In this document: positions 13,508 to 25,962 of the stretch, one piece after another
Layout: every line of letters begins with the position of its first letter
How positions within the stretch are numbered: position 1 is the stretch's first letter
Source of the DNA: Octopus bimaculoides
Lineage: Eukaryota
DNA length: 46,290 nt
Direction of reading: 5' to 3'
Assembly (NCBI RefSeq): GCF_001194135.2
Contig: NC_068983.1
Location: forward strand, 71,212,521 to 71,258,810
The notes under the pieces: model-generated
What the model was told of the DNA's origin: nothing
Seen by the model: only the letters and a program-made list of their open reading frames with translations
Database searches by the model: none
Made by a program: the position numbers and the translations under genes

Positions 13508-14327
13508 GAACATTTTCCATGTGATGTTCTTCAAAAGTCGATTGAACTTAAAATAGAATGACCACATTACATTTAGAACAGGTTTTTGAATTTCAAACTT
13601 GTGTATATGTGTGTGAGTGTATAAATTTTTGTGCATACATATGTAGGTATAACTGAAATAATTAAATAAATGAAAAATAGCTCTTTTTAAGCCACTATAA
13701 ATATCCACTTTGTATAGGTCAATGGATGTTAATTTATTCCTAGACGCCAATTCTCTGCATGAAACTCACTATAATTTCTTTTATCTTAATCTGTAATTGT
13801 ATGTTATATTTGCTTCCCCCCATTCTTCTACTGGGTTTTTGATTGTCAGTCTCATATCACACCCACGTTATCTGTTTTTTTTTTACATTGGTAACTTTGA
13901 TTATGACTTCACTTGCTTGGTAATGAATAGATTGCTTCACAAGTCTTTGTTTAACTACATTTTAAATAATGCGTGATGAGCGTGAGAAATTACATAATGT
14001 ATGTCGTAATCCATAATACTGTATTGTGCTTGCTTTAGATAAAGATTCTCAGCGAAAGAATTTACAACCTGTCGTTTTGTTTTTTACTATTATTGCTGTA
14101 CGTTACTCAAGCATTCTATTATTGGTTGAATTACTTGTAAACATTTTGAATTGCGAATTAGAAATCAACTGTGACTGGTATTCATCGTTGTTTAAAACAA
14201 ACAATGGATTATTTCAGTCTGATCTGAGTGATACTGTCTAGCCAATCGGTGGCGCACTATGAGTTCCTATGCCTTGATTCTTTATGAATCCTATGTAAGC
14301 ATAAATATATGTATGTTTATACATATA

Positions 14328-14850
14328 TCATCATCATCATCCTCATCGTTTAACGTCCGCCTTCCATGCTAGCATGGGTTGGACGATTTGACTGAGGACT
14401 GGTGAACCAGATGGCTACACCAGGCTCCAATCTGATTTGGCAGAGTTTCTACGGCTGGATGCCCTTCCTAACGCCAACCACTCCGAGAGTGTAGTATGTG
14501 CTTTTACGTGCCACATGCACTAAGGCCAGTCAGACGGTACTGGCAATGGCCACGCTCAAAATGGTGTATTTTACGTGCCACCTGCACAAGAGCCAGTCCA
14601 ACGGCACTGGCAACGATCTCGCTCGAATGTCTTTACACGTGCCATCGGCACAAGTGCCAGGAAGGCGACACTGGGCACAGGTGCCATCACGATTCCGCCT
14701 TCGCTTGCCCCAACAGGTCTTCGCAAGCCGAGTTTCGTGTCTAATGAAGGAGGCAACGTTGGCATGGGTACCAGTCGTCGAATTTAGTTCAATTTCGATT
14801 TCACTTGCCTCAACACGTCTTCGCAAGCGGAGTTTCATCGGAAACTGAAT
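14328..14850 (-). mobile_element. Non-autonomous retroelement or LINE 3' end with an RTE-like terminus and (GAT)n tail
   Basis: (CAT)n at 14328 followed by CGTTTAACGTCCGC..CCATGCTAGCATGGGTTGGACG and GGATGCCCTTCCTAACGCCAACC (14457-14479), a motif I recognise from RTE-clade 3' ends; internal tandem units. Confidence 0.7.
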
Positions 14851-15176
14851 GCTTAAATATAGAACTGCGTGGGAGAATAAGAATATATGTACAATAATAG
14901 ATGCATACCAAAACGGTGAGTTCTGGTGATGGAGTAAGTAGTGGTATACACAATATCAAGGTGAGTAAGAAAACATAGCGATAATGATGATGCATAAAAT
15001 ATTACTGAGTAGTGGTTAGTGACAATAAGACACGAAGCGTGTTGAGAAAGAGAATGGATTGTTTTAGTATTGGTGTTTATGCTAGAAAGACGGTAAAGGT
15101 GGACGTAGTGGAGATGGTTGTGCGAAAGTGAGGTAGGGTGGTTGTTGTAAGAAGGAAACAGTGGGAGAGGATGGTT

Positions 15177-15734
15177 GTTGTTGTTGTTGTTGGCATCCGT
15201 CGCTTACGACGACGAGGGTTCCAGTTGATCCGATCAACGGAACAGCCTGCTCGTGAAATTAACGTGCAAGTGGCTGAGCAATCCACAGACACGTGTACCC
15301 TTAACGTANNNNNNNNNNNNNNNNNNNNNNNNNNNNNNNNNNNNNNNNNNNNNNNNNNNNNNNNNNNNNNNNNNNNNNNNNNNNNNNNNNNNNNNNNNNN
15401 NNNNNNNNNNNNNNNNNNNNNNNNNNNNNNNNNNNNNNNNNNNNNNNNNNNNNNNNNNNNNNNNNNNNNNNNNNNNNNNNNNNNNNNNNNNNNNNNNNNN
15501 NNNNNNNNNNNNNNNNNNNNNNNNNNNNNNNNNNNNNNNNNNNNNNNNNNNNNNNNNNNNNNNNNNNNNNNNNNNNNNNNNNNNNNNNNNNNNNNNNNNN
15601 NNNNNNNNNNNNNNNNNNNNNNNNNNNNNNNNNNNNNNNNNAATAAACACTCACAACGCCCAGTCTGGGAATCGAAACCGCGTTCCTATGACCGCGAGAC
15701 CGCTGCCCTAACCACTGGGCCATTGCGCCTCCAC
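15177..15734 (-). mobile_element. tRNA-derived SINE (family B) with a 15-bp TSD, interrupted by gap 15309-15641
   Basis: A-box TGGCCCAGTGG (15722-15712) and B-box GGTTTCGATTC (15679-15669) on the - strand; (AAC)n tail; TSD TGGGAGAGGATGGTT at 15162-15176 and 15735-15749. Confidence 0.92.
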
Positions 15735-16505
15735 TGGGAGAGGATGGTTACTGACAGCGAAACACAGGCACAGAACATCTTTTAGCATGTAAACTGATAC
15801 GGACACACAAGCATGCACACACTCACACACGCTCGCGGGCGCACACACTCACGCGTAGACAAGCAAACTCGTACGATCACACGTACAGGGAGAGATGTGA
15901 AGATACGTAGATTTGTTGGGCGTACGAAGTAAAACAGTTGGGAACAGAAAATGTGTAGCTCTGTGTGTTTGTATGTGTTTATAAATGTGAGTGGGTCTAC
16001 ATCTGCTTTTGTATGTATGCATATGGACATGCACATATGTGTGTGAGGCGATAAAAAAAATAGAAGATGGAAATTCAAGAGGTGGAAGAAAGAGAAAGAG
16101 AAATAATAAAATGCAGAGGACAGCAAACTCACACAGACATAAACGCGAATATAAGTATACACAACATTATATATAAATAGAGAAACACAAGCACACACTC
16201 TCACCTATGTGTATCTGTCTATGTTTGTGCCTGTGTGTATGTGTGTGCGCGTGTGTACATGTGTGCGTCCGTGTGCGTATGCATATGTATAGTCATTAAT
16301 ATAAGTCAAGAATATGCAAACGGTAGTGGATGCATATAAACATTAAATAAATCCGGCCTCCTAGTCATATATATGTGTGTGTGTGTGAGTGTGATGAATA
16401 ATGCAACGTCGCTGATGTTACTAACACAGATTATGAAACAGATGTCAACTAATGTAATAAACATCTATTCTCTCACATCACTTTAATCATCTGGTCAACT
16501 TATAT

Positions 16506-16604
16506 CCACTCCGTGGCACCTTGGACAAGTGCCTTATACTATAGCCACGAGTCAACTAAAGCCTTGTGTGTTGGCTTGGTAGATGGAAACACAAAAGCAA
16601 AGCC

Positions 16605-16663
<59 letters not shown>

Positions 16664-16985
16664 GCGTGCGTGTGTGTTTGTGTGTGTGTGTGCGCGTGTG
16701 TGTGTTTGTGTGTGTGTGCGTGCGTGCGTGCGTGCACGCATGCGTGTGTGCGTGTGACTGTGTGTGACTTTCTGCCTGTACCTGATTCTCTATCACCGCT
16801 TGACAACCGGTGATGACGGGTTTACTTCCCCGTAAATTAGCGGCTCGGCAAACAAAAAGCGATAGAATAAGCACCATGTTTTACAAAAATAAGTTCTGAG
16901 GTCGATTCATTCGAGTAAATATTTTCTAAGGTGGTGTTGAAGCATGGCCGCAGCCAAATGACTGTAACAAGTAAAAGATAGAAGA
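16506..16985 (+). mobile_element. SINE family C copy (5'-truncated) with internal (TG)n
   Basis: GTGGCACCTTGGACAAGTG..GCCTTGTGTG..GGTAGATGGAAAC, then (TG)n, then GCTTGACAACCGGTG..GATAGAATAAG..GCATGGCCGCAG..AATGACTG.AACAAGTAAAAGA; colinear with 34815-35255. Confidence 0.85.
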
Positions 16986-18176
16986 TACATGATACATGAA
17001 ATTCATACGCACATAAGTACATGCATATAAGACAGGAGTGTTTGTGTGTACATGCATATATATGTATGCGTGTGGTATATACAATTTACTACAAGCATTT
17101 TCCTGGACAGGATTTTCTTATGTAATTAATTACCTGTAGTGTGTGGCAATTTGCACATCTTAATATAGCTATCATATTTGTAAACAGGTTTTCTTTTATA
17201 TATAACTCTTCAGGAATTAGAGGATTTTTGTATTTTCCTACTTTCACATTTTAAAAAGTCATCTATTTTTTTATAAATATCCTTTTTGCGGTCCAAATAT
17301 CAATTAATTAGACTTGATTTTTGAGATTTCTTTTTACGAAAAACAGGTATTTTCCTACTTTTTAACGCTTGTATATTGTCTAAGTTTCACATCAGTTGTA
17401 AAATTCTCATGCCAGACAAAACATCCTTAAATTCAATAATATTTCTTTTCTACATAACTCAAATTGCTTTCAGTAACAATTGGTAAATAACTTATAATTT
17501 ATCATATTTAAGACAGCTTGTAAGTTTTATTTCCTTCGTTTTACTATTCATAAAAACTACTTGGAGTTACTATATAGAAAAAAGCTCACCTTAAGTTTTT
17601 AACGGTGCGAACGTTAAAATGTCATTAACGTAAACTAGAAATCTTATCTCTTCGGCAGCACAGTTGTTACATCTCTCCAAATATCTTACCGAATTAGTCA
17701 TATGCTATTTAATTCTATTAATCAAATAATTTTAAATTTAACTGTAAGATTTTATCGTATCTTATTTTCCTTGCTTTTCTCATATTTTAAATTGTTTTGA
17801 TATATTCTAATTTATTGTTATATAAGCATACCTAAAAACAACTTCTTATCTGAGCGGCCTCTAGCCGATTAAATAGATAAACCTTGCCTCATTTTTTATA
17901 TCATTTACAAATATTTTTGCAGTAGAGTAAAAACTATAATCCATTAAGTGCACATTGTATAGCGAGAATTTATACCATATAGTACTTAGTAATTTTCATT
18001 ACATTTTGACAGGTATGAACGTGAATACCTGAACGCTATTGTTTTCCGACATAAGAGAACACCTTCTCCCTTTTCACACCATGTGATCATAACACAGGCA
18101 ATTCACCGTCTGACAGAAAATAACTATCTTTTTTTCGTTCTTACTCTGCGTTTGTTTCCATGCGTGTGTGTATGTG

Positions 18177-18296
<120 letters not shown>

Positions 18297-18513
18297 TATA
18301 TGTGTAAGTATAGCGATGGACGAATGGCGACCTGTGATCTAATCAGCTGGAAGCGCACAGTGAGTTATAACTTCAGTATGTCTCCTATGCTTCAAACCAT
18401 GCAAATCTGCAATGGGATTGAATAGTCATCTGAGAGGTCGTGGATGGAAAGTCAGAAATGTTATTGACAATAAGGAAGCACGAGAAGATGGTATTTATCA
18501 ATGGAGCAAGCCC

Positions 18514-18775
18514 ATGTATGTATATATGCACTATGCATGCATGCCTGTATGTATGTATGCCTGTATGTATATATGTATGTATGTTCGTATGTATGTATAC
18601 ATGCATGTATGTATATAAGTATGTATGTTTGTATGTATATATGCACGTATGTATGTATGTATGCATACATGCATATATATATGTATGTTTGTATGTACGT
18701 ATATATGCATGCATGCACGTATGTATGTATGAATGTATGCTTGCATATATGTGTTTGCTTATGTGTATGTTTATA
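18514..18775. repeat. Degenerate (TATG)n/(ATGC)n tetranucleotide array
   Basis: Direct reading. Confidence 0.9.
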
Positions 18776-19225
18776 CAGGGACGAAATAGGTAAATGTTGA
18801 TGTCAATTTGCTTTCTCATACACTCATTTGAAAAAGTAAATACAGTGGATCTATGATTAGCCGATTGCAAATTTGTAAATAATAAATAATCGCTTTTGTC
18901 CACACAATGCGATATAACATAAAATAAATTATCAGTCTCTTGTGTTTCAAAATTAACACACCTTTATATCGATCCAGGAATAATTTGCATACAGTTTAGT
19001 AATTTCAAAAGCTGGCAGTATCGTACTTTCCTTTAATTTGCCGAGCATAAGCAAATAATTTCCATAACTACTTTGAGGTCTAATCAAACGGCTATACAAT
19101 ATTCTTTTAAAAAAGGCACCTGGTTCATAATAAGACATCTCTTTCGTTAAAATTTGTCGTGAGTATATGAACATATACAGAAATATGATTAAGTATACAT
19201 AACAGTTAGTAGCCAATTGTCTATT

Positions 19226-19227
<2 letters not shown>

Positions 19228-19279
<52 letters not shown>
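19228..19279. repeat. (TA)n microsatellite
   Basis: Direct reading. Confidence 0.95.
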
Positions 19280-19283
<4 letters not shown>

Positions 19284-20814
19284 GAGAGAGAGCGAGAGAG
19301 AGAATCATATATATCATACTTGTGATTGCTTAACAATAAAATTCTCTCTCCCGCTCTCTCTCATTTTCGAAAAGTTAACAAAATAGTTCTTCTTCACAAT
19401 ACCTGTCACTCCGTATCATCTTTGACAAATATAGTTCCTTGAGCTATACAAAACTTGGACTATGCAATAAACTATAGAAAACAAGTTCTATACGGTGATT
19501 TTGTATAGCCCAGCATTCAAACCTGTGACTACTTAACTATTTATTAGTAAATAAAAAGAACATAACGTTTCTCACCGTTGGTTTCAAAAGTAATGTCTGA
19601 AAGATTCCCTTATATCTTCTTCCTGTTATACACACTGTATCCTACAAGACGAAACATAACAATAGAACGGCAAACTATTTATGGTCCATCCTGTATTTTC
19701 ATCAATAACTGTTGATTTTTACATTTTTATTTCATGTATCCACTTTCATTTGACAATTGCTTTTAGAAATTTGATGACTTTGTAATTTCGAATGTCTAAT
19801 TTTTCATTGTGTACTCATGTTCAGTTGATCTTCTCTCTCTACTCCTCTTTGTTTACAGTCTATCAAGCACCTGTCAATTTCATTCGAATCGAACTCACAT
19901 CAGAGCTTTCACGATAATGTCTTTCCTCAATCTGTGTTTACTCGAGTTGTTTTAGAATATATAGTTTCCAATATTGAATTTGTATCATTTACCCTAATAT
20001 AATGTAAGCGTTTCTCACCACGTCGACAGTGAGTGTAGACATTTCAAATGCGACTTCTTATTCTGCACATATGTATATGCATTTATGTCTACAGTTATGT
20101 GTGTGTGTGTGTGTGTGCATGTGTGTGTGTGTGTGTGTCTGCATGTGTGTGTGTCTGCATGTTTGAGTCTGCATGTGTGTGAGTGTGTCACTATTATTTG
20201 GAATCTAGTGCTGACGTCATTTTAGTATTCCTTTTAGAATACGAAGACTACTGATTTACGATAGTAAATCATTTAACGTTAACAGCAGATTCGGCGTTTG
20301 TACTACAGTTGCCACTCCCTTCTCTGATTCTCTCTAGCAAATTAATGTGAGTCACTGAATCTTTCTTTCAAAATCAAATCAAACTTGTGATTCTGATTCC
20401 CAGCTAAGATACTACAATTTTGCACATGGTATTTTTAAATGTATCGATTATTCTTTCCGTCGATGAAATAAAGCTTCGAAGGTATTGTTTAGAGATATAC
20501 TTATGGTGAACCAGCTACCTTCTAAATAGCCGGTCCAGCTGATAAAGTAGCAACAAGATTCCCTCAAATAAACATAATATTCTAAAAATTGGAAGGAAAA
20601 CATACAGGATAATATGATATACTAACCATGACATATATAATCGTGAGTCTTTTCTGGAGAACATTTGATAATGAGCGTGCCCGATTAGCTAACCTAGACT
20701 ATTAACAGCTAGAAGTGGCAATCACATTTTAATAACTATTATATGCTTAATATATCTTAGTAACAGTATTCTGTTGCCGATTGCGATTTTTTTTGTGTGT
20801 GTATATATGTGTTT

Positions 20815-20856
<42 letters not shown>

Positions 20857-21201
20857 CTGAGTGTGTGTGCCCCGAGGAAAACGGAGTGTCTTTCATCGCA
20901 TTCATTTAGATTGCTGTATTTTTTACACTCCCAATTCTTCACACTATTCAGATGCAGTTTCCGTTAGGTATTCATTTGCTTTCACTTGAAACAAATATAA
21001 TTGCAAAAAATTAAAAGAATTTGTCTTATCTGACATTTATTATATATTTGTCCCTCTTTGGAATCTAACTTGTTTCTGACCATTCTCTATAATTTCTGTT
21101 ATATATGCATGCTTTTTCATTGTTTTATGCGTTTCCGCCCAATGACCATGAACAAGCCTGGGCCAGCCAGTGTCATCACTTTTCCAATGATTATTCTTTA
21201 T

Positions 21202-21369
21202 CTGTGTGTGCATATGTATGTATGTATGTATGCATGCATGCATGCATGTATGTATGTATGTGTATATATGTGTGTGTGTATGTATATATGTATGTATGTG
21301 TGTGTGTATGTATGTATGTATGTATGTATGCATGCATGCATGCATGTATGTATGTATTATGTGTATATA

Positions 21370-21400
<31 letters not shown>

Positions 21401-21450
21401 ATGTATGTGTGTATGTGTGTATGTATGTATGTATGTATGTATGTATACAT
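21202..21450. repeat. Degenerate (TATG)n/(TG)n array
   Basis: Direct reading. Confidence 0.9.
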
Positions 21451-21460
21451 GTACGTAAAA

Positions 21461-21718
21461 GGCACTCGCGTCGTTAAACAACGTATGAGGGTTCGTCAAT
21501 TTCTTACCGAACAACCACACGGATGATTTGTTTATAGTGATCAAATGTTTGTGTACACATAAGCTCACTCCGTCCATCAAATCGACATTACCTGTATAGG
21601 TGCAACGGCTGCCACATGTCAGATGACGAAATGATCGCATAACGCAACGCCCAGTCTTGGAATTGAACCCACGATTTCGCATTTGTGAGTGCAACGCCTT
21701 AATCAATGCGCCTTCACA
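21461..21718 (-). mobile_element. tRNA-derived SINE (family D) whose 3' terminus resembles family B
   Basis: - strand head TGAAGGCGCA..TTAAGGCGTTGCACTCAC..GGGTTCAATTCC (B-box 21669-21660); 3' end AACCCTCATACG..AACGACGCGAGTGCC. Confidence 0.7.
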
Positions 21719-21726
21719 TGTCTGTA

Positions 21727-21777
<51 letters not shown>

Positions 21778-22686
21778 NNNNNNNNNNNNNNNNNNNNNNN
21801 NNNNNNNNNNNNNNNNNNNNNNNNNNNNNNNNNNNNNNNNNNNNNNNNNNNNNNNNNNNNNNNNNNNNNNNNNNNNNNNNNNNNNNNNNNNNNNNNNNNN
21901 NNNNNNNNNNNNNNNNNNNNNNNNNNNNNNNNNNNNNNNNNNNNNNNNNNNNNNNNNNNNNNNNNNNNNNNNNNNNNNNNNNNNNNNNNNNNNNNNNNNN
22001 NNNNNNNNNNNNNNNNNNNNNNNNNNNNNNNNNNNNNNNNNNNNNNNNNNNNNNNNNNNNNNNNNNNNNNNNNNNNNNNNNNNNNNNNNNNNNNNNNNNN
22101 NNNNNNNNNNNNNNNNNNNNNNNNNNNNNNNNNNNNNNNNNNNNNNNNNNNNNNNNNNNNNNNNNNNNNNNNNNNNNNNNNNNNNNNNNNNNNNNNNNNN
22201 NNNNNNNNNNNNNNNNNNNNNNNNNNNNNNNNNNNNNNNNNNNNNNNNNNNNNNNNNNNNNNNNNNNNNNNNNNNNNNNNNNNNNNNNNNNNNNNNNNNN
22301 NNNNNNNNNNNNNNNNNNNNNNNNNNNNNNNNNNNNNNNNNNNNNNNNNNNNNNNNNNNNNNNNNNNNNNNNNNNNNNNNNNNNNNNNNNNNNNNNNNNN
22401 NNNNNNNNNNNNNNNNNNNNNNNNNNNNNNNNNNNNNNNNNNNNNNNNNNNNNNNNNNNNNNNNNNNNNNNNNNNNNNNNNNNNNNNNNNNNNNNNNNNN
22501 NNNNNNNNNNNNNNNNNNNNNNNNNNNNNNNNNNNNNNNNNNNNNNNNNNNNNNNNNNNNNNNNNNNNNNNNNNNNNNNNNNNNNNNNNNNNNNNNNNNN
22601 NNNNNNNNNNNNNNNNNNNNNNNNNNNNNNNNNNNNNNNNNNNNNNNNNNNNNNNNNNNNNNNNNNNNNNNNNNNNNNNNNNNNNN

Positions 22687-23569
22687 AATACTAACAGGGA
22701 AAAAAATGAAAAGACGCATATCAAAAATAAACCCAACTATAGAAATAAATTAGATAGCCGGAAAGAAAAATTCACCAGCCTTCCCAATTATGATGGCAGG
22801 TTCTATACCAGATATGGCCATAATAGCAGCAAGAACAATAAGGATACGACCTGACTGATCATTCCCTATAACATGGGCCTCAAATCCAACATAGTCCGCT
22901 CGCTAATGAATATAATTGATAAACACCTCAATGTGAACAATAAATACGCAGAAATATTTAGGAACAAAATAAGAATAGGCCACAGCCTGACATGTAACTT
23001 AGCTACCATAATAGCATCTATCAATAATAAGAAATTAGACGCATTCTATACAGCTAGAAACACCATGAACAACCAAATCAACAACCCCCCAAATAATAGA
23101 ACTAACTCCAACCCTAATCCAACACCCCTTACTAGGAGGGACGCACACCGAAAAAACAATAGGACCACACAATAACACACAGACATAGATACACCTTACA
23201 ACCTATGTGGCTGTAGAGACAGGAATAAATGTAATTTCTCCAATAGATGCAAGACAGATAATATAGTTTACCAATGTGACGTACAAACAAACAGCCACAC
23301 TAAATCTTACATTGGGGCCACGAAAAACCAAATACGTCTTAGATATAATGAGCACCTATCTAGTTTTAAAAACAGAAATAAGGCAAATTCAACAGGGCTT
23401 AGTAGGTATATCTGGGAACTAAACGACAATAAGATAGAATATAAACTAAAGTGGCACATACTAAAAGTAGCTAATTCCTATAACCCAACTAACAGACGCT
23501 GTCAGCTCTGTTTAACTGAGTGCCTTGAGATCCTAACGGCTAAGAACGACCTATTAAACAGGAGATATG
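22687..23569 (+). mobile_element. Penelope-like element ORF remnant: RT-thumb/linker plus C-terminal GIY-YIG endonuclease
   Basis: One frame with two stops (22852-54, 23173-75): T*LIIPYN..IIDKHL..IF..RIGHS..NL..IIASINNKKL..CGCRDRNKCNFSNRC..NIVYQC (IVY 23263-71)..SYIGAT (YIG 23308-16)..RLRYNEH..GLSRYIWEL..LKWHIL..RRCQLCLTE..LLNRR; bounded by gaps and (TA)n. Confidence 0.93.
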
Positions 23570-24906
23570 NNNNNNNNNNNNNNNNNNNNNNNNNNNNNNN
23601 NNNNNNNNNNNNNNNNNNNNNNNNNNNNNNNNNNNNNNNNNNNNNNNNNNNNNNNNNNNNNNNNNNNNNNNNNNNNNNNNNNNNNNNNNNNNNNNNNNNN
23701 NNNNNNNNNNNNNNNNNNNNNNNNNNNNNNNNNNNNNNNNNNNNNNNNNNNNNNNNNNNNNNNNNNNNNNNNNNNNNNNNNNNNNNNNNNNNNNNNNNNN
23801 NNNNNNNNNNNNNNNNNNNNNNNNNNNNNNNNNNNNNNNNNNNNNNNNNNNNNNNNNNNNNNNNNNNNNNNNNNNNNNNNNNNNNNNNNNNNNNNNNNNN
23901 NNNNNNNNNNNNNNNNNNNNNNNNNNNNNNNNNNNNNNNNNNNNNNNNNNNNNNNNNNNNNNNNNNNNNNNNNNNNNNNNNNNNNNNNNNNNNNNNNNNN
24001 NNNNNNNNNNNNNNNNNNNNNNNNNNNNNNNNNNNNNNNATATATATATATATATATATACGTATGTATATACGTATGTATGTACATATGATGTTACCAT
24101 GCTTTGATGTTATGTGCTTCAAAGTTACGGTAAATCCATTGATTATAAAGGCTCTGAGTTTCTCTTTCATTTCTTCTAATTGACCTTAAATATGTTTCCC
24201 CTTATATTATGGTGTTTCATGGTTTCTATTTTCCTTCTTTCCTGTTGCTAATAACGAATATCAAAAATTAGTTATTCGTTACGTAAGCATTATTAATTCA
24301 ATATAACCCTTCTGTGTGTCACACTTTGCACAGATACATTGCAGACACAGATACATTGCAGACAACATTGCTGACAACATGGTTTGTTAATTACTGTTTA
24401 TTCATAATAGTGTGAGTTAAATCTGTCTATGACCGCGGTTGCTAGAGTATGCGTGATATTAATGACGCTCAAAGAAGCAGAAATAAATATTTAGCTATTT
24501 TACCCGAATGCTAGACACTCTTCGGCGGCTACTGATATATTTCTGTATGTTTTAACATTATGCGTCTGCAAGCGAAGCTTTCCCGAGCCAAATACCGCAG
24601 TTGCAACACTTTCTGCAGTATATCTGCGCTAAGTATGTTAGAGAATGTTAGTATCATATATGTGTGCGTGTGTATGCGTGTGTGTATTGTATGTGTGTGC
24701 ATGTGTGCGCGTGTGTGTGTGTGTGCGTGTGTCTGTGTGTGTGTGTGTCTGTCTGTCTGTCAGTCTGTGTCTGTGTATACAAACAGATATACGTGCATAT
24801 ACATCTATCGTTTAATGTACACAGTATAAAGATATTTATCTCTGACTGGATGGTGCAATTTTTTGTTGATTTCACTGTAACAGAACAGTAAGCTGTATAT
24901 TCGCGT

Positions 24907-24958
<52 letters not shown>

Positions 24959-25919
24959 GGCCTTTTTGTGCTATATTTTATACTTTGCTTTTCAGGAAAT
25001 GCCTATTATATTCTCATGCAACCATTCTAGTAAATATACATTTTGAGGGGTTCATCGATTAACCATAATATACAGTATTTAGCTTATCCACTTATTATCT
25101 TTAAAACATGTAATAGAATACACTCAGTTGTATCCTATCAGTCCTAATTTTTATGCTTTCACTTTCACATTGACAAGTATTATTTACACATAAACCTGGC
25201 TTCCTAACACGCATCGCTTATTTTGTCATGTAGCCAACCTTTGACTTGTCGGTTTACATAGGAATGCCTTTTCGTTGTCAGAAATAAATGAAGCATTGCT
25301 TTCTTTACAGTTTTCATTACCTTATATCTAAGAGGATTTTATGTAGTGAAATATAAATGATAAGTAAATGAGTAGCTTTGAATTGTACTGGCGGAAATAT
25401 CATTGGATATAACTATGACGTGTGCGATTTTCTATGGCTTGGTTGTTTGTATATCTTTAGTAATTGAATCATCACTCATAAAAAAGACATTGATACTTCA
25501 CTTCATAATATCTTTCAATGTACAAGTTTTTTTGTTCTATTATTTAGTCATTAGTTTGGAAAATTCTATTATACCTTTGCTTTTGTTAGGATTTAGATAT
25601 TAAATAAATGATATTATCAAAAATTACTATTACCACACATTACCAGGGATAAATAACACAAAAGGCTTCTGCATACAACGGAAGATTCGGATCGCAACGT
25701 CAGTAAAATATTTTCTTTAAAACATTTATTCGCTGCTTAAATACATAATAAATCTGTAACGGGTTTCTATGTTATGAAACACTTTTATGAAATAACTCCA
25801 ATATTGTTGCTATATCTTTGATAATCATAGGCCACATAATTCATATTAACAGAAAACAAACTAAATAGACTAAGACAAAATGGACTGAGCAGAACAAGAG
25901 GAGACACATAGGATAAAGA

Positions 25920-25962
25920 GTCACTGAAGAAGTTACAGAAAGTGTGACGAAAGAGTTTTGAC
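25920..25962 (+). ncRNA. Isolated minimal type I hammerhead-like motif (PLE style)
   Basis: GTCA CTGAAGA A GTTAC agaaagt GTGAC GAAA GAGT T T TGAC: all core nucleotides present, stem II 5 bp (one G.U), stem I 4 bp, vestigial stem III. Confidence 0.55.

Noticed and set aside
20225-20282. Adjacent small hairpins (GTATTC/GAATAC; TGATTTAC/GTAAATCA; TTAACGTTAA)
   Set aside because: Short AT-rich stems are expected by chance, with no family or terminal context.
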